Assembly (NCBI GenBank): GCA_900617105.1
Contig: UYFQ01000506.1
Location: 186,001-250,000, forward strand
Direction of reading: 5' to 3'
DNA length: 64,000 nt
Source: Hydrurus foetidus
Taxonomy: Eukaryota
The number at the start of each line of letters is the position of its first letter. Within the stretch, counting starts at the first letter, position 1. The translations under genes and the position numbers were made by a program. The notes beneath the pieces are model-generated. The model made no database searches, was not told where the DNA came from, and saw only the letters and a program-made list of their open reading frames with translations. Shown in pieces: positions 36,951-49,070 of this stretch.

Positions 36951-37157
36951 TAGGATGTCCTCTTCGCAGGGCAAATTGAAAGGCCGGTTTGCTGAGCTTA
37001 CTCTACGGCAGCTCTTGACGAAGTCTAGACCGCCAAGCCGAGGGCGATCGACGCGAATAGGCATACTCAGCGCCGGGGTGAGGGGGATCTGGCGCGGACG
37101 TACAGCCCTACCTCAGGCTTTGGCGACGCTTTGGGGCTTTTGCAAAGCTCCTAGGGC

Positions 37158-38325
37158 TTAGCCCAAGCGGATCATCTGATCGGCGAGCCCGTCAATCTGA
37201 TCGCTTGGAGTGCGCCGCCGAGACCGCGCAGCGCAGTAGGCTCTCACCAGAGGGTGTGGCTGGCGGCAGGCCGACATTGACGTAGTAGCCGCCATCCAGC
37301 AGCGCCCGCCACATGGCCAGGGTGGTTTCTTCGCTTGGCAGGCATACCGCGACGATCGGGCTGGGTGTTGAGCCCAACTGGAATCCGCGCCAGCCAACGC
37401 ATTGTACAGCCGGTGGACGTTTTCCCAAAGCTTGGCGCGCAAGTTCGGGCGTTCGTGCACGACCTTCAGCGCAGCGCGAGTTGACGCAACGGTGGCGGGC
37501 GGCAGCGAGGCTGTGAACATGTAGGCGCGGCAGGACACGCGCAGGATGTCGAACTGCTCGTGGTTCGACACGCAGTAACCGCCGACTGCGCCAGGCTCTT
37601 GGAAAAGGTGCCAACCAGGAAGTCAACCTGGCCGAGCAGGCCTTCCTGCTCGGCCAGGCCGCAGCGCTCGCCGAGCACGCCCATTGAGTGTGCCTCGTCC
37701 ACCAGGATGTGGCGCCGATGCCGCTTCACGACCTCGACGATGGCCTTCAACGGAGCCATGTCGCCCAACGTTGAATAGATGCCCTCGACGACGACAAGCT
37801 TATTGCCGGCCTCACCCGCTAGGCGGCGAAGGCGAGCATCGGGCTGGCAGCGTCGTTGTGCTTGAAGCGGATAGCGTTGGCCTGGGTTTGCTTGCTCGCG
37901 TCGTAGATGGAGGCGTGGCAGTCGGCGTCCAGCAGAAGGAAATCACCGGCCCCGACCAGGGTCGAGATGATCCCAAGATTGGCCTGGTAGCCGGTTGAGA
38001 ACACCATGGCGTGGCGCATGTCATGGAACTCGGCCAACTCTCGCTCTAGCGCTACATGGTCCGAGAACGAGCCGTTGGCGACCCGCGAGCCGCAGGTGCC
38101 GGTTCCCTGGCGTCTCACCGCCGAGATCGCGGCCTTGATGCAGGCCTCGTCGAAAGCCAAGCCCAGATAGTTGTGGGTGCCGACCGTAATGGTCCGCTTG
38201 CCGTTGATGATGGCTTCGCTGGCCGACAGCAATTGATCCATGACCACGCCGGTGGGCATTTGGCCAGCCGATCTCGCGGCGTCGTAGCGCGCGCGCAAGG
38301 CGGCGTGGGTATCAAAAAGGCCCAA
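37158..38325 (-). CDS. spt: Serine palmitoyltransferase-like alpha-oxoamine synthase
   Basis: TTG start GLFDTH; GTHNYLGL, GTGTCGSRVANGS, FSTGYQANLG, DADCHASIYD, VDEAHSMG, PLP lysine in GTFSKSL. Confidence 0.8.
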
Positions 38326-38413
38326 GGAGGTGCTTTCGACGAGCGGCGCTGGAAGGCGACCGCAAGGTTTCGTTTGTTGAAATTTGGAATACAATCTAAA
38401 AATATATACAACA

Positions 38414-39071
38414 ATGAATTTAGATCCCAATCCAAATTTGATGCTGGCACTGCGCGCGCGCGGCAAGGCGCTGCGCTGCGCGTCGATCATCGCCAGCGTC
38501 GTCGCTCTGGCGCGCGCACAGGATCGACAAAGGTGTCGCTGGGCCAGATTGCCCTCGTCGCGCATGTGGCCCACAAACTATCTACAACTTGATCAGGGGG
38601 CTCGACGCGATCGCCCTGCTGCTGTGATGAACGCCGCTGGATCGGATTGAGGCGGTTCTGGTTAAGACCGACGCGACAGGTATCGAACTTGCGCTCGAAG
38701 CATCCATCTTCTCGGCGCGAATGTATGTCGACGATGCGTGTCTTTACCGCCAAGTTCTGGTGAGAATCCGCGTGTGCTCTTCGAAGGTACACATCTGGGT
38801 CGCGACCCGCCAAAGCTCGTCATAGACGCGATGGCACAATCCCAGGCAGCCGGCGATTTCGGCAGCTGTGGATCCAGATCGGTTGGGGCGAACGATCTAT
38901 TCCAACTATCTGGGGGCGCTCTACGATTGGGCGGCCGGCGGCGCGAACGATGACGTCTTTCTTGAAACGAGCGAAGTCGCGGTCAGCGCAGTGGTCGCCT
39001 GCGCGACCGACGCGGCTAGACCCGAACTGGCGGCGCGCCTGTTCGCACATCTCGGCACTCGCGTGACCTGA
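38414..39071 (+). CDS. TetR-like regulator, divergent from spt
   Basis: LRARGKALR...VSLGQIALVAHVAHK..YNLI HTH-like segment; helical C-terminus LGRTIYSNYLGALYDW; AT-rich upstream region. Confidence 0.65.
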
Positions 39072-39099
39072 GGTCGCGAACGCAGAAGCCGATGATCCT

Positions 39100-40329
39100 G
39101 CTCGCCGTCGAACGGCTCGTTTTCGCAAGGGGTCGGTCATCGCCGCCCGGCACGGTCTCGGTTGTCGGGGTCTTTGAGCGGCTCGAGTGTCTGTTGGTGT
39201 GGAGCGGTCGGCTGGCTGGTGTGCCTGGTCGAGATAGTCCAGCAGGGTCATGGTTGCCTGCTTTAGCAGTGCCACCGTTAGAGCTGAACAGCAGGCCAGC
39301 TTTTCGCGAGTATCCTGCAGGGCTACCATCTTGTCATGAGAGCTCCGGCGTCCAGCCGTGGCCTCGCGCTCTTCTGCGCTCATGGTGGCATAGCGGGTGA
39401 TTATGGCCTTGCCAAAGCTCGACGCGTCGGCTGGGCGGCGCTTGCCCTGTAGCTGGTCATGACCGACGAATGATCCCGAGGCGTATCTCGCTAGCGGCCT
39501 CGGTGACCTCGTGGTCGAGAATAGTCCCCACGATTGAGAAATCGCCGCGAGAAGCGCGTGTCGAAGCGGGCAAAGTTAATGTCGCCGCTGTCTGGACCCT
39601 TCGCCGCGCCATCGGCCGTAGCCAGGCTGTATTGCCGGTCCAGCACGGCCCGTACATCGACGGCGACCTTGCCGAAATCGCGGGTTTTGGCGTTGGCGAC
39701 GACAGAGCCAATAATCCTTGAATAGGCCGCGACAGGATCGCCCTCGATGCCCACCGGGGCGACACCAGGCTTTGCGATGGCTTGTTTACGCCCCTCGAAG
39801 AGGGCCGCACGTCCTTGGCCCATTGCCCCGCAGCCTTCTCTTCCGCCCGGCTGAATCGAGCCGGTCGAGGGCCGCCTGATAGAGGCCGGCATAGTCGCCC
39901 GTGGTCTGGGCGAGGCGGCAGGGGCGAGAGGGCGTCAGCCCTGGCGGGCCTTTAGCGCCAGGGCCGCGACCACCTGCTCATCGACCGAAACTTGCCACTC
40001 CGGCCGCTGGCGATAGCAAAGAGTTCGCGGCGATCAGATCTGTCAGATTGATCGTCGGCTTGCCGTCGGCAAGGGCGCTACTGGTTCGCGCGGCCTTTGC
40101 AGGCTGTCTGTGTCGCCAGGCATGGGCGACGACGCCCGTCGGTCGATCGGGCATCGGTCTGGGTCTTTAGGGCGGCCTGGGCTTCGGCCGACAAGGTGAC
40201 ATTGACCGCAGCCGTCGCCACCCGGCTGTGCTGGACGCGGCGCTGTCGGTCGCCGTGGACGTGCTTTGCCTGAGGCCGGACTGGCATTGGCATAGCCCGC
40301 CACATAGGGCGAAGATCGATTATGGTCAT
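39100..40329 (-). CDS. Hypothetical protein, Ala-rich (frameshifted)
   Basis: AAVNVTLSAEAQAAL, GKPTINLTDLDRRELFAIAS..SGKF..DEQVVA, GDINFARFD. Confidence 0.55.
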
Positions 40330-40439
40330 GAGCAGGCCCTTCACGGTTTGAAGTCTTGGGAGATCGGGCCCTGCTGGTCAGGCCGAAAGCCGACGAACAA
40401 GGGGCGGGATAGGGTGGGCGGCCGGCGCTCCAGACCCAT

Positions 40440-41503
40440 TCAGGCGCTTGGGGCCGTAGCGAGATCATTCTGCTGGTCTCGCAGGCCGATGGCGCCGTGC
40501 CGCTGTTCGATACGACATCCCCTGGATGCGATAGCGGCGTAGATCTCGCACCGGCCGCTCAGGGCGACTGGTCGGCAGGCGTCTGACCGAATAACCCGGG
40601 CTCGGGTTGATCCAGAACGCCATCGGAGGCGACCAGTCCCCGCACTGAATAGACCGCCACCGCGTGACCTGCAGGGTTTTCAAAGCCTCGGAGAGGGCCG
40701 TCACTTCATCGGAGCAGTCCGGCGAATGAAAGCGGACACACCAGAGCGGCAGCAGGCTACAGCAGTCGTATCCTCGGCAGGCCGCCAGCGATCCTCGGAC
40801 CCATCCCTCGGCCAGGCACGGGCCGCCTGCCAGTCGGGCTCGGGCCCGCGGTCGATGTCGTCGAGCACTTCCTCGAGGCAGGCTAGGCCCGCTGCATCAC
40901 TGTGCTGACGCGCTACGGCATTCATCATCGGCATAGCCTTATAGTTGGCCGCCGCGCGCTTTACGCCGTTCTTTCGCGCCAGCTTTGCTATGGCCTTTCA
41001 GGCTGGCTATCGTCTAGGCCGGTACTTTGCTGGCCATGTCGGTCAGGAAAAGAGCCGCGCCAGAGGCTTCAGTCGCGCCAATCGTCGGGCGACTTGGGAT
41101 TTGCAGTTACCCGAGCCCGCGAAAGCCGGGCCGCTAGCGCCAGTGAGTCTCTTCCAGCGGCTTCTCGGCCAGCAGCGACTTGCGCAGCCTGAGCAGGGCA
41201 GGAATGTCGGTGAGGGCCGCCCGGGCCGTGGGCGGCATGATATGAGCGGAAATGCGCCCTTTAGGCGGTTATCCAGCACTGAACTATCCCGGGCCATGCC
41301 CTTGGGTAGGGAGGAGGAAGGCCCAGGACAAAGATCGTCGTGTCACTGTCGGAGACCTTCCACCAGGCCGGTCCGGGCAATCGGGCATTGACCGCCAAGG
41401 CCTCGACCACTGTCGCCTCAGGATCATCAATTACCTGGGCGAGGGCCGCCGTGGGCATAAGCGCAATCAATCCAGCGCTTAGCGTAAGTACGCCTAATTT
41501 CAC
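40440..41503 (-). CDS. TraB/GumN family protein
   Basis: Signal peptide then DPEATVVEALAVNARLPGPAWWKVSDSDTTIFVLG; ARAW..G segment. Confidence 0.7.
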
Positions 41504-42491
41504 TGTCCCTATCCCTGATCGGTTCTTGAAACCTGAACACGGCCATTAAGGTCAAATGCGACTTTGGGCTGGCTGGAAGCCGCCGCTGGAGAGCTAACGG
41601 GGCACTGATCTGGGCACTGATTAGGCGTGTCGCGTCCGGAAAAACCTGTTCGTCCTGGTCACTGGCGGCCGGCACAACGACATCGCCCGCAGCCTAGCCA
41701 GGCCCGCCAGCCTAGGCTGCGCAAAGGCTTCAGCCTATTTTCCGCGAGGTGCCGGTGTTGAGGCCGCTCTGGCGACGTGGCTTTGAGTCTAAAAGCTCAG
41801 TTCTCCAGGCGCGTCTGGTCGCGTCTCGTGAGGCGATCGCGACGGTGTACCGGTGCATCGCTAAGCTTGTTCTGAGGGCCCTGAAATAGGAACGCTTAGG
41901 CAGGCTGAATGGTGAGTTTGTCATGTTCAAGACGGCGTTTAAGGATGCCTTGGCCTTTGTACGACTTGTGCCCGGCAATGGCAGCCGTGTCTCGACGAGG
42001 CCTGCGAAGAGAGGCGGCGGCATCGTTAGGTTGAAGAAGCGTGACCGGCGGTATGCTGGCGATCCCGAACATTCTGCTTGAACGTCATTCCAGCGTGACC
42101 GGCAGGTCGCGACACATCGACGAAAGCCTCTGCTGCGCAATCCCAAACTGTCCGATATTTGGCGTTGGGGCGACTGGCGCGGAACCACCTGGCGCGGCGA
42201 GATGTAGTTTGAGGGAATAGCTTTGCGGCGCGGGTGACCTTGCCTCAACTTGCCACCGTCAAGCTGCCAAGTTGTCCGAACATACGCCACAGGCAGCCAT
42301 TCAAGGTCGGCGATCAGGACCATAGATGACCCGCTGGTAGGGTCACCTAAGTGGCATCGAGCTATAGCCGTGTCGAAGGCTGGACCAGAGCAGCAGTTTG
42401 CCCGGTGCTGCCAGGTCCCGATCTACAGCTTTAAGTCGGACAATAGGCGGCGGGGCTGAGCTGACCCCGCCTCGCCGCTATGCGGACTATT

Positions 42492-42866
42492 TTAGGCCTT
42501 AAGGTCGACCAGCGCGCCTTCTGGATCTGATCTTTGTCGGCGCCATGACCTGCTGCTTGGTCATCTCCTTTATCTGATCCTCGATCTTCTGGCGCTCCCT
42601 GGGGGCATCGCCTTCAACTCTTCTTCGGTGATTTTGAGGCTTGCTGAGCATTGTCGCGCGCATCTTCTGTGCGGGCGTTAGCCTGGCATAGTCGAAATTC
42701 GTCCTTGGCTGACTTGGACCCCGTTACGGTGGGGCCTTCATTGGCTCCAGTCGTGGCGGTGGTAGCAGTCGTTACGGCGGTAGCAGCCGAGGCGGTAGCG
42801 GCTTTGATCTGTGCCAAGGTTGCGGCGCTTTGCGACGCCGGATGCTGCTGGAATTGGCAATTGCAT
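42492..42866 (-). CDS. Small hypothetical protein with Ala/Thr-rich N-terminus
   Basis: Stitched KSAKDEF.DYARLTPAQKMRATMLSK.KITEEELKAMPP.ERQKIEDQIKEMTKQQV...KGALVDLKA*. Confidence 0.65.
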
Positions 42867-43139
42867 GGGAGCTCCCAAGTAAAATTGAGTACGACGTTCC
42901 TCGCAATTTCCGTGCAATTTGGAGCATAAATTTGTATAATAAAATCAATAGTTTAAGTTAGTTTCGGCGGTGGTCTATAGGCCTTCGGCACAAATTGCCG
43001 CGCAGGGTTTGCCGGATGATCAATTTAGGTGTGGTGGACGCGTGGCGTCTTTACTTGGAGTAAGACTAAAATCTCAATTTTTCATAAAGGACTTGGCTCA
43101 ATATTGCCGAGATTAAGTGTCTCTGCCTTTGCGGCCCCA

Positions 43140-43300
43140 GGATCGTCGAGGGCCTCTTACATCAGCTAGCTTCCTGACCGTTTGGCGTGGCCGCAAGCAC
43201 CGTTGAAGTTTGGTGACCCTCATCGGATCGAAACAGGTACGTCGCGCCCCGCGCGCTGATCAGGCCAATTACCTGGTCGTCTGCATTGCGTCAGGGTGTT
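43140..43300 (+). ncRNA. Candidate structured RNA or orphan 5' leader
   Basis: Nested stems found by eye in an ORF-free region after an AT-rich tract; strand inferred. Confidence 0.4.
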
Positions 43301-43754
43301 CAAGATTAAGACGACCATTGGAAAAGGCCGCAAAACTGGTGCGCGGCTCGCTGGTCACTCCGCTAGCCGATGAGCGCCGGCCCGCCTGACCTATGCATGG
43401 AGATGATCGTGCCTTGGGTTGGCATGGGCTTAGAAGTTCAGGTCGTCAGGGTAGGGGCCTGGCTACATTCCGGCAGCCTGGCGGATCCTCGCCGAGCCTA
43501 TGGCTTCTCTCCTCATCGGCAAGCAGGGATTCCCGTTGTGGCGCGAAATTTTCAGCAAAAGGCCAGTCAATGAGTTTAACTCGTGCCCCGTTCTCACAGC
43601 CTGATAGCTTTTAGCTCAAATGGAGCTAATGGTTAGCCATTCTCGGCGTCATTCGAAACTTCGAAGATTCAGCGTACAAGTCCATCGTTTGGTGCAAAAA
43701 ACTACTATAATCTCACATCCGGCTCCCAGATATTCACCAGGAATGTTCTCGGTA

Positions 43755-44541
43755 TTACGGGTGCTCGGGCGAGCTGTAGTCTCCGGTGGAAATGCGCCGC
43801 CAAGGTGAAACTCGGCGCCTGTGATGTATGCGACCCGTCGGACCCGAGCATAATGGCAACAGCCGCCACTTCATCCAGGCACCAAATCCTTTCAGGGCGT
43901 CTCGCGCACTAGCGCAGCCATTTTAGCGCCTCCGTCCGGACTATCGCCCAGCATCGGCTCACCTATCGGAGATGGGGTGGCAGCAGGATGGATCGAGTTG
44001 CAGCGTATCGCCAAGCCCTCGGCAGCGCAGTAGAGCGCGACAGTTTGGTATAGTTGCGGACTGCCGCCTTCGACGACGCGAACACGGCGGCGGGCGTCCC
44101 CCAGACTTGATCGGGACGAAATGTTGATTATCGATCCCTTGCCAGACGCACGCATGGCGCGGATAGCGTGTTTGCAGCCTAGGAAAGCCCGTACAAGTTG
44201 GTCATGCGAACCTTGCGCCGGTCCTCAAGTTTATCTCTACGGAGCGTCTATAGCGACCCCGGTCTCGTAACCGGTGATGCCAGCGTTGTTCACCAGAATG
44301 TCCACAGGCCGTCTTTGGCAGGGTCTTTTCCATCACATTCCGCCAGTCTGAGTCTTGGCTGACATCTAAGTGGTGGTAGATCGCCCGTTGGCCCAGCTCA
44401 GAGGCCAGCGCCACGCCTGCCTCACTGTTGATGTCGGCCAAGTGGACGCTGCGCCTTCTGCGACAAAGCTCGAGCGATAGTCTCGCCGATGCCCTGGGCT
44501 GCGCCGGTGATAAGCGCGACCTTCCGTTCGAGTATGCCCAT
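43755..44541 (-). pseudogene. SDR oxidoreductase, heavily disrupted
   Basis: RKVALITGAAQGIG, HLDVSQ, VNNAGI, GSIINISSRS, IRCNSIHPA. Confidence 0.8.
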
Positions 44542-45889
44542 AGCCTTACTTTCGTTCGCGTGTGTCCAGAAGGTTGGCGACATCAGCCAATAGGCCGCCG
44601 TTCACGATGAGTTTCCCGCCGCGCTAGGATCGGCGATCGCGGAGATTTCCGCAGTTCGCCGGCAGCCTTGACGCCGTCCTTCAGGCCATGCGAAGACCTC
44701 CCGGCCGCCAACGGACAAGGCGAACTCTGTTCGTCGGTCATGCCAGCGGTGCTGCTTCCATAGTTGGAACCGCGGGGACGACGGTGCCAAGCGGCCCCAT
44801 ACAGGGGTCCCGGGCCCGGTTGAAAGCCTTGACTGTCGCTGGCGGGTCGCCTGACTGGGTAGGTGACCTTGACCTCGCTAAAGCGGCGGGGTTTGGGATG
44901 TCTTCGCCCGTGAACATGAGCAGACCCTTCCCGCTCTTGTCGAAGCCACTCAAGGTGATCGTACCCTTGGGACTTTGATACATGGCAGTACAAAACTCGC
45001 CGGGCTCAGCAGGCTCCGGCTCTGGAAAATGCCAGCTCGCTTTGAGCCATCGCTGGTACTCGGCCTGCTTCTTCGCATCCCTTTCCTTCTGCTCCGCTTG
45101 CGAGGGCCGCGATCTCTTACGGACTCAGGCCTCTGCCGGAGGCGCCATAGCGAACTTCATTGGAGCTGGATCTGTTACCGTAATACGCCTGAATGCTCGC
45201 GGCAGTTCGCTGCTGTTCGGCAAAAGCGCTCTGAGCATACAGTACTTGGAACATATCCTGCGCATGGAGTTAGCTGGCAGTGAAAGCTTTACTCGCCGGA
45301 GGCGCAGCGCCAAAAATGAAACCGCCTGTAGTTGAAAATAGTGCGCACGGCATTCCGAGCACGGCGGGTCTTCTCCTCCATATCATTTCAGTCGCCCGCC
45401 ACCGGAGAACGCGGAGGGATGAGCTGGGCGCACTGTTGCGGCTTCCGCGTCTGTCAGAAGCCATGGGCAAGGCCCAAGTGCAGGCCGCTACCGCCAGGCG
45501 TCGTTCGTATCGGCCCGGCGGTGGCGGGCCTGACAAATGATGGTGTCACCGAACATGCTCAACCGGTCAGCCTCTATGCACTGGCTGAACTCCCAACGAA
45601 CCTGCAGCGAGCGCCATTGTAGGGCTTCCCGATCGCGGGGCAGCGAGCCTAGATGACCCGGTGCATTGTTCGTCGGCAGACGAGCGGCCTGCATTACCGC
45701 TGCCCATGGCTGCGCCAGAGCGCAACGAAGGCGTCCATCTTCAGATCTGCTCAAGTATCTTGCTGACGAACTCCATCAACCTGGTGGGCGACAGCTGATG
45801 TGCCGGACCAGTTGCTTTTCGCAACCGGTCCGGCGTCATAAGCTAGCTGGTTCAGATATGGCGACGCGCGTAGGTATATCCTGAATAGA

Positions 45890-46326
45890 TCAGTTATTTC
45901 CAGCTTCGACACGGGGCCATTTTACAGCATGCGTTATAACAAGTAGAAGAATGACAACCTCTACTGTCGCGCCAAAATACATGTGTGGCCAGGCTTCTCC
46001 TACCAAATTGAACAATGAATAGGGAATATAAATGGCGGCGATTATATTTAGTCCACCGATTCAAGGTGGCCGGCAGCGCTACGCAAGGAAAATCATTAGA
46101 GCTGGGATTGTCACGGATGCAAGGCCGATGAAAGTAAATGTTTGACTTATTTCGAATTCAAACCTCTTCCATTGAGCATATCTCTCAATGATCCCGGCAT
46201 GTATAAGTGAAAATAATCTAAGTATATATACAGAAACATGAAACTTGCCCACAATAAAGCCATTATAATTCTTGGATTTACAGGGGTTTCTTCCAATTTT
46301 GTTATTTTTGAATTCTGGATTTTCAT
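45890..46326 (-). CDS. DUF6326-like membrane protein, markedly AT-rich
   Basis: LWASFMFLYIYLDYFHLYMPG, IPALMIFL, LPATLNRW, FGATVEV. Confidence 0.7.
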
Positions 46327-46371
46327 AGTTATTCTCATTCTAGGATTGATGATTGTTGCGGGTGCGGTCGG

Positions 46372-47120
46372 CTACCGCAGAGGCCGAGGCCGACCAGATG
46401 GAGCTGGCAGCTGGGCACGGTTGGTCCCAAGCCGAAGCGTCATGCGTCGAGGTAGGGGCGCGGGTTGCCCACCCTCGGGCGCGCACCGTTTGCGGAGCCA
46501 CGATGCAGGGCCGGCGATCATTGCCCTTGGTGGCATGGTTTTCGACGGCGAGGATTTCGAAACCGGCTGCGCTGACACGTGCGCAAAATTCGGCCTGGCT
46601 GAAGACGCTGACATGGGGAGCCATGCCGATCGCACGCAGACTTGGCAGCAACACCCGGCTTATCAGCGGCCCCATATCTTCAAGACAGGGCGTCTTGGAG
46701 ATGAATAAACCGCCGGGGACAAGCAGGGCGTGAATGCGGCATAGTGTGGCCTGCGTTGCGGACCATATGGAGATAGTTGAACCCCAGAACTGCATTGTAT
46801 TGCCCGGCAATGAGCATTGGGGATTCGGCAGTGGCGACCTGGAAGGCAAAGGGCCGGGATGGCGCTCGTAGATTGCTTCTCCTTGGCGATCGAGATCATT
46901 CCGGCGGACAGATCCGTCGCCAGATAGCTCCGTACGTCGCCTGCTAGCCGCAGTGCCGTACTGCCGGTCCCGCAGCCCAGTTCCAGCACCCGGTCGTCCG
47001 GTTGCAGAAGGCCAGGGTCCGGTCCAGGGTGCGCTCATAGCCGCCTTGATCAGCAATGACGTCCTTGGCGTATTTGCGCGAGATCCTGTTCCAATACCGC
47101 GTGTCGCTCGCTGTGTGCAT
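46372..47120 (-). CDS. Class I SAM-dependent methyltransferase
   Basis: YWNRISRKYAK...VLELGCGTGSTALRLA...ATDLSAGMI, LVPGGLFISKTPCL; 3' end approximate. Confidence 0.85.
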
Positions 47121-47205
47121 GCCGGAATGCTCCTATGCGAAGGCGAATAACACATACGTTTTTGAGGAAATTGCCTAAATTCACAGCCATGATATACGTA
47201 TTTGC

Positions 47206-48093
47206 ATGACGACGATGGACTGGAACCATATTCGCGCGTTTCACGCGACCGCCGTTGCGGGATCCCCGTCAGCAGCGGCGCGCCAGTTGGGCCTGACCCA
47301 GCCCACCTTGTCGCGGCAGGTTCTGGCGCTTGAGGCCGATCTGGGTGTCACCCTGTTTGAGCGACGGGGTCGCAAGCTGGTCCTGACCAAGACTGGGATG
47401 GAGCTGCTTGATCACATTCGGATCATGGGGACGCCGCTGACACGCTCGTTCTCGCGGCCAGTGGTCGAGCGCAGGAGGTTGGCGGCGGGTCTGCATCTCT
47501 GCGACAGATATTTCTGCGGCCTATATCCTCCCGAGATCGTGGCGCGCATAAGGTCAGCTCCTCAGATCACGATTGCGATCGTCGCCTCCAATGAGATCAG
47601 CGATCTGCATCGTGGGGAGGCGGACATCGCCATACGCCATGTTCGTCCTGATCGCCCTGGTTTGGCCGGCTTGCATATCCGCGATGCCGAAGCGGGCTTC
47701 TTCGCGTCAGAGGATTGGGTCGCTCGCAAGGGTCGGCCAAAAGGGCCTGCCGATCTCGCCCGGGCGGGCCTAATGGGCTTCGATGATCCTCAATTCCCAG
47801 CATTATGCGTGAGATCGGCATCCCGATCTTCACTGAGGATCTCCGGATCGTGTCGGAGTCATCGGTTGTGATCTGGGAAATGGTCAAGCGCGGCATGGGT
47901 GTGGGCTTGATGATGCATGCGGTGGCCGAACGGACCCCGGAGTGGTGAATCTCTTGCCGGAGATGGTGCCCATTCCGGTGCCAATCTGGCTGGTCACCCA
48001 TCAGGAACTGCAATCTAGCCCCTAGCATCCGCCTGGTCCAGGCGATCATGGCCGAGGAATGGCTCGGATTTAGCGCCACGCCGGCTCACATGA
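47206..48093 (+). CDS. LysR family regulator
   Basis: MDWNHIRAF...AAARQLGLTQPTLSRQVLALEADLGVTLFER, EADIAIRH, IWLVTHQEL. Confidence 0.9.
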
Positions 48094-48303
48094 GGCCCCT
48101 CCTGACGTGGAACGGGTGTTTGATGTTGGCACTCTAACTATACTCAGCTCCGCTCCCCACTTGGGCAGGGGCTCAAATGCGTTCGATCAGTTTGCAGTAC
48201 TACTAGTTTTGGGGCGTGAAGATCGCCCAAGCGGTTCGCCCTTGTTTCCGTTCCGCTTAGCATCCGCGATGACAGTAGATGTCAGCCGAGCGAGGCCCAA
48301 CTG

Positions 48304-49070
48304 TCAGCCGCGAGGCCATTGAAGCCAGGTGCGGGCAAGGGAGGGAGACATCTCAGCAGCTGGGCGCTTCGAAGCCGTTAGCGGGCACATAGCGGCCATC
48401 GGTCCGCACGTACCGGATGCTCCGTTCCCGGTTTTCAGCGTGAACCCGCCGCCGAAGCCGACATCTCCGGATTTGACCGGTCCAGGATCGACCGAGCGGC
48501 CTTGCGCGCCCCTTGCATCATAGGCCGACACGAAGGGCGCGGAGGCCACAGGCCGGTTGGCCGAAGCTCGACAAGCTGAGTGCTCTCGCAGGTCATTCCG
48601 GCGTGCAGATCACGCGTCCTGACGACCAGGACTGGCCACTGGCCAAACTCGTTCGCGACGCGAAACTCCGGGGCAAGGCCTGTGGGGCGTCGATCTAAGC
48701 GAAGGCCAGGCCGACCTGCTCATTGTCGGTCGGCGTCGCCCGTAGATAGAAGATGCCGATCGAGCCGGTCACCTTGGGAAGGGCTAACTCGGCTCCAACC
48801 GTGGCTATCAGAACAGCCTGGTCTTCAAGAGCGATGACGGTCTGGGCCTTGTAGTGGAACGGACTGCCGTTCTTGAGCACCAGCTCTGGATGGGTCTGCA
48901 GCACAATAGCAAGGGCGGCTTCCGGACTCGGGACAACGCTGTCTGGCTCAGCGGTCTGCTGACTGCCCTTCGGAACCTAGGGTCTTGGCAAAGCCGGGGA
49001 CGACGGTTCAGTGTCGCTAATGACGGCGACAGCACCAACCGCTAGCGCGAGGGCTGCGACGGAAAACATG
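48304..49070 (-). CDS. Hypothetical exported protein, fragmentary
   Basis: Hydrophobic leader MFSVAALALAVGAVAVI and short coding-like frames; no family recognised. Confidence 0.3.

Noticed and set aside
41730..42323. 197-aa minus-strand ORF
   Set aside because: No motif or family recognised; cannot support a call
42900..42920. Possible sigma-54 promoter on the minus strand (TTGCACGGAAATTGC)
   Set aside because: Lacks the invariant GG at -24
43210..43234. Weak resemblance to a tRNA 3' end on the minus strand (GGGTCACCA), possible att site
   Set aside because: No proper T-arm or cloverleaf and no adjacent integrase; better explained as part of the candidate RNA stem
44583..45313. Coding-like minus-strand fragments (EYQRWLKASWHF, GTITLSGFD, GLLMFTGEDIP)
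   Set aside because: Possibly a real hypothetical gene, but boundaries and family cannot be supported
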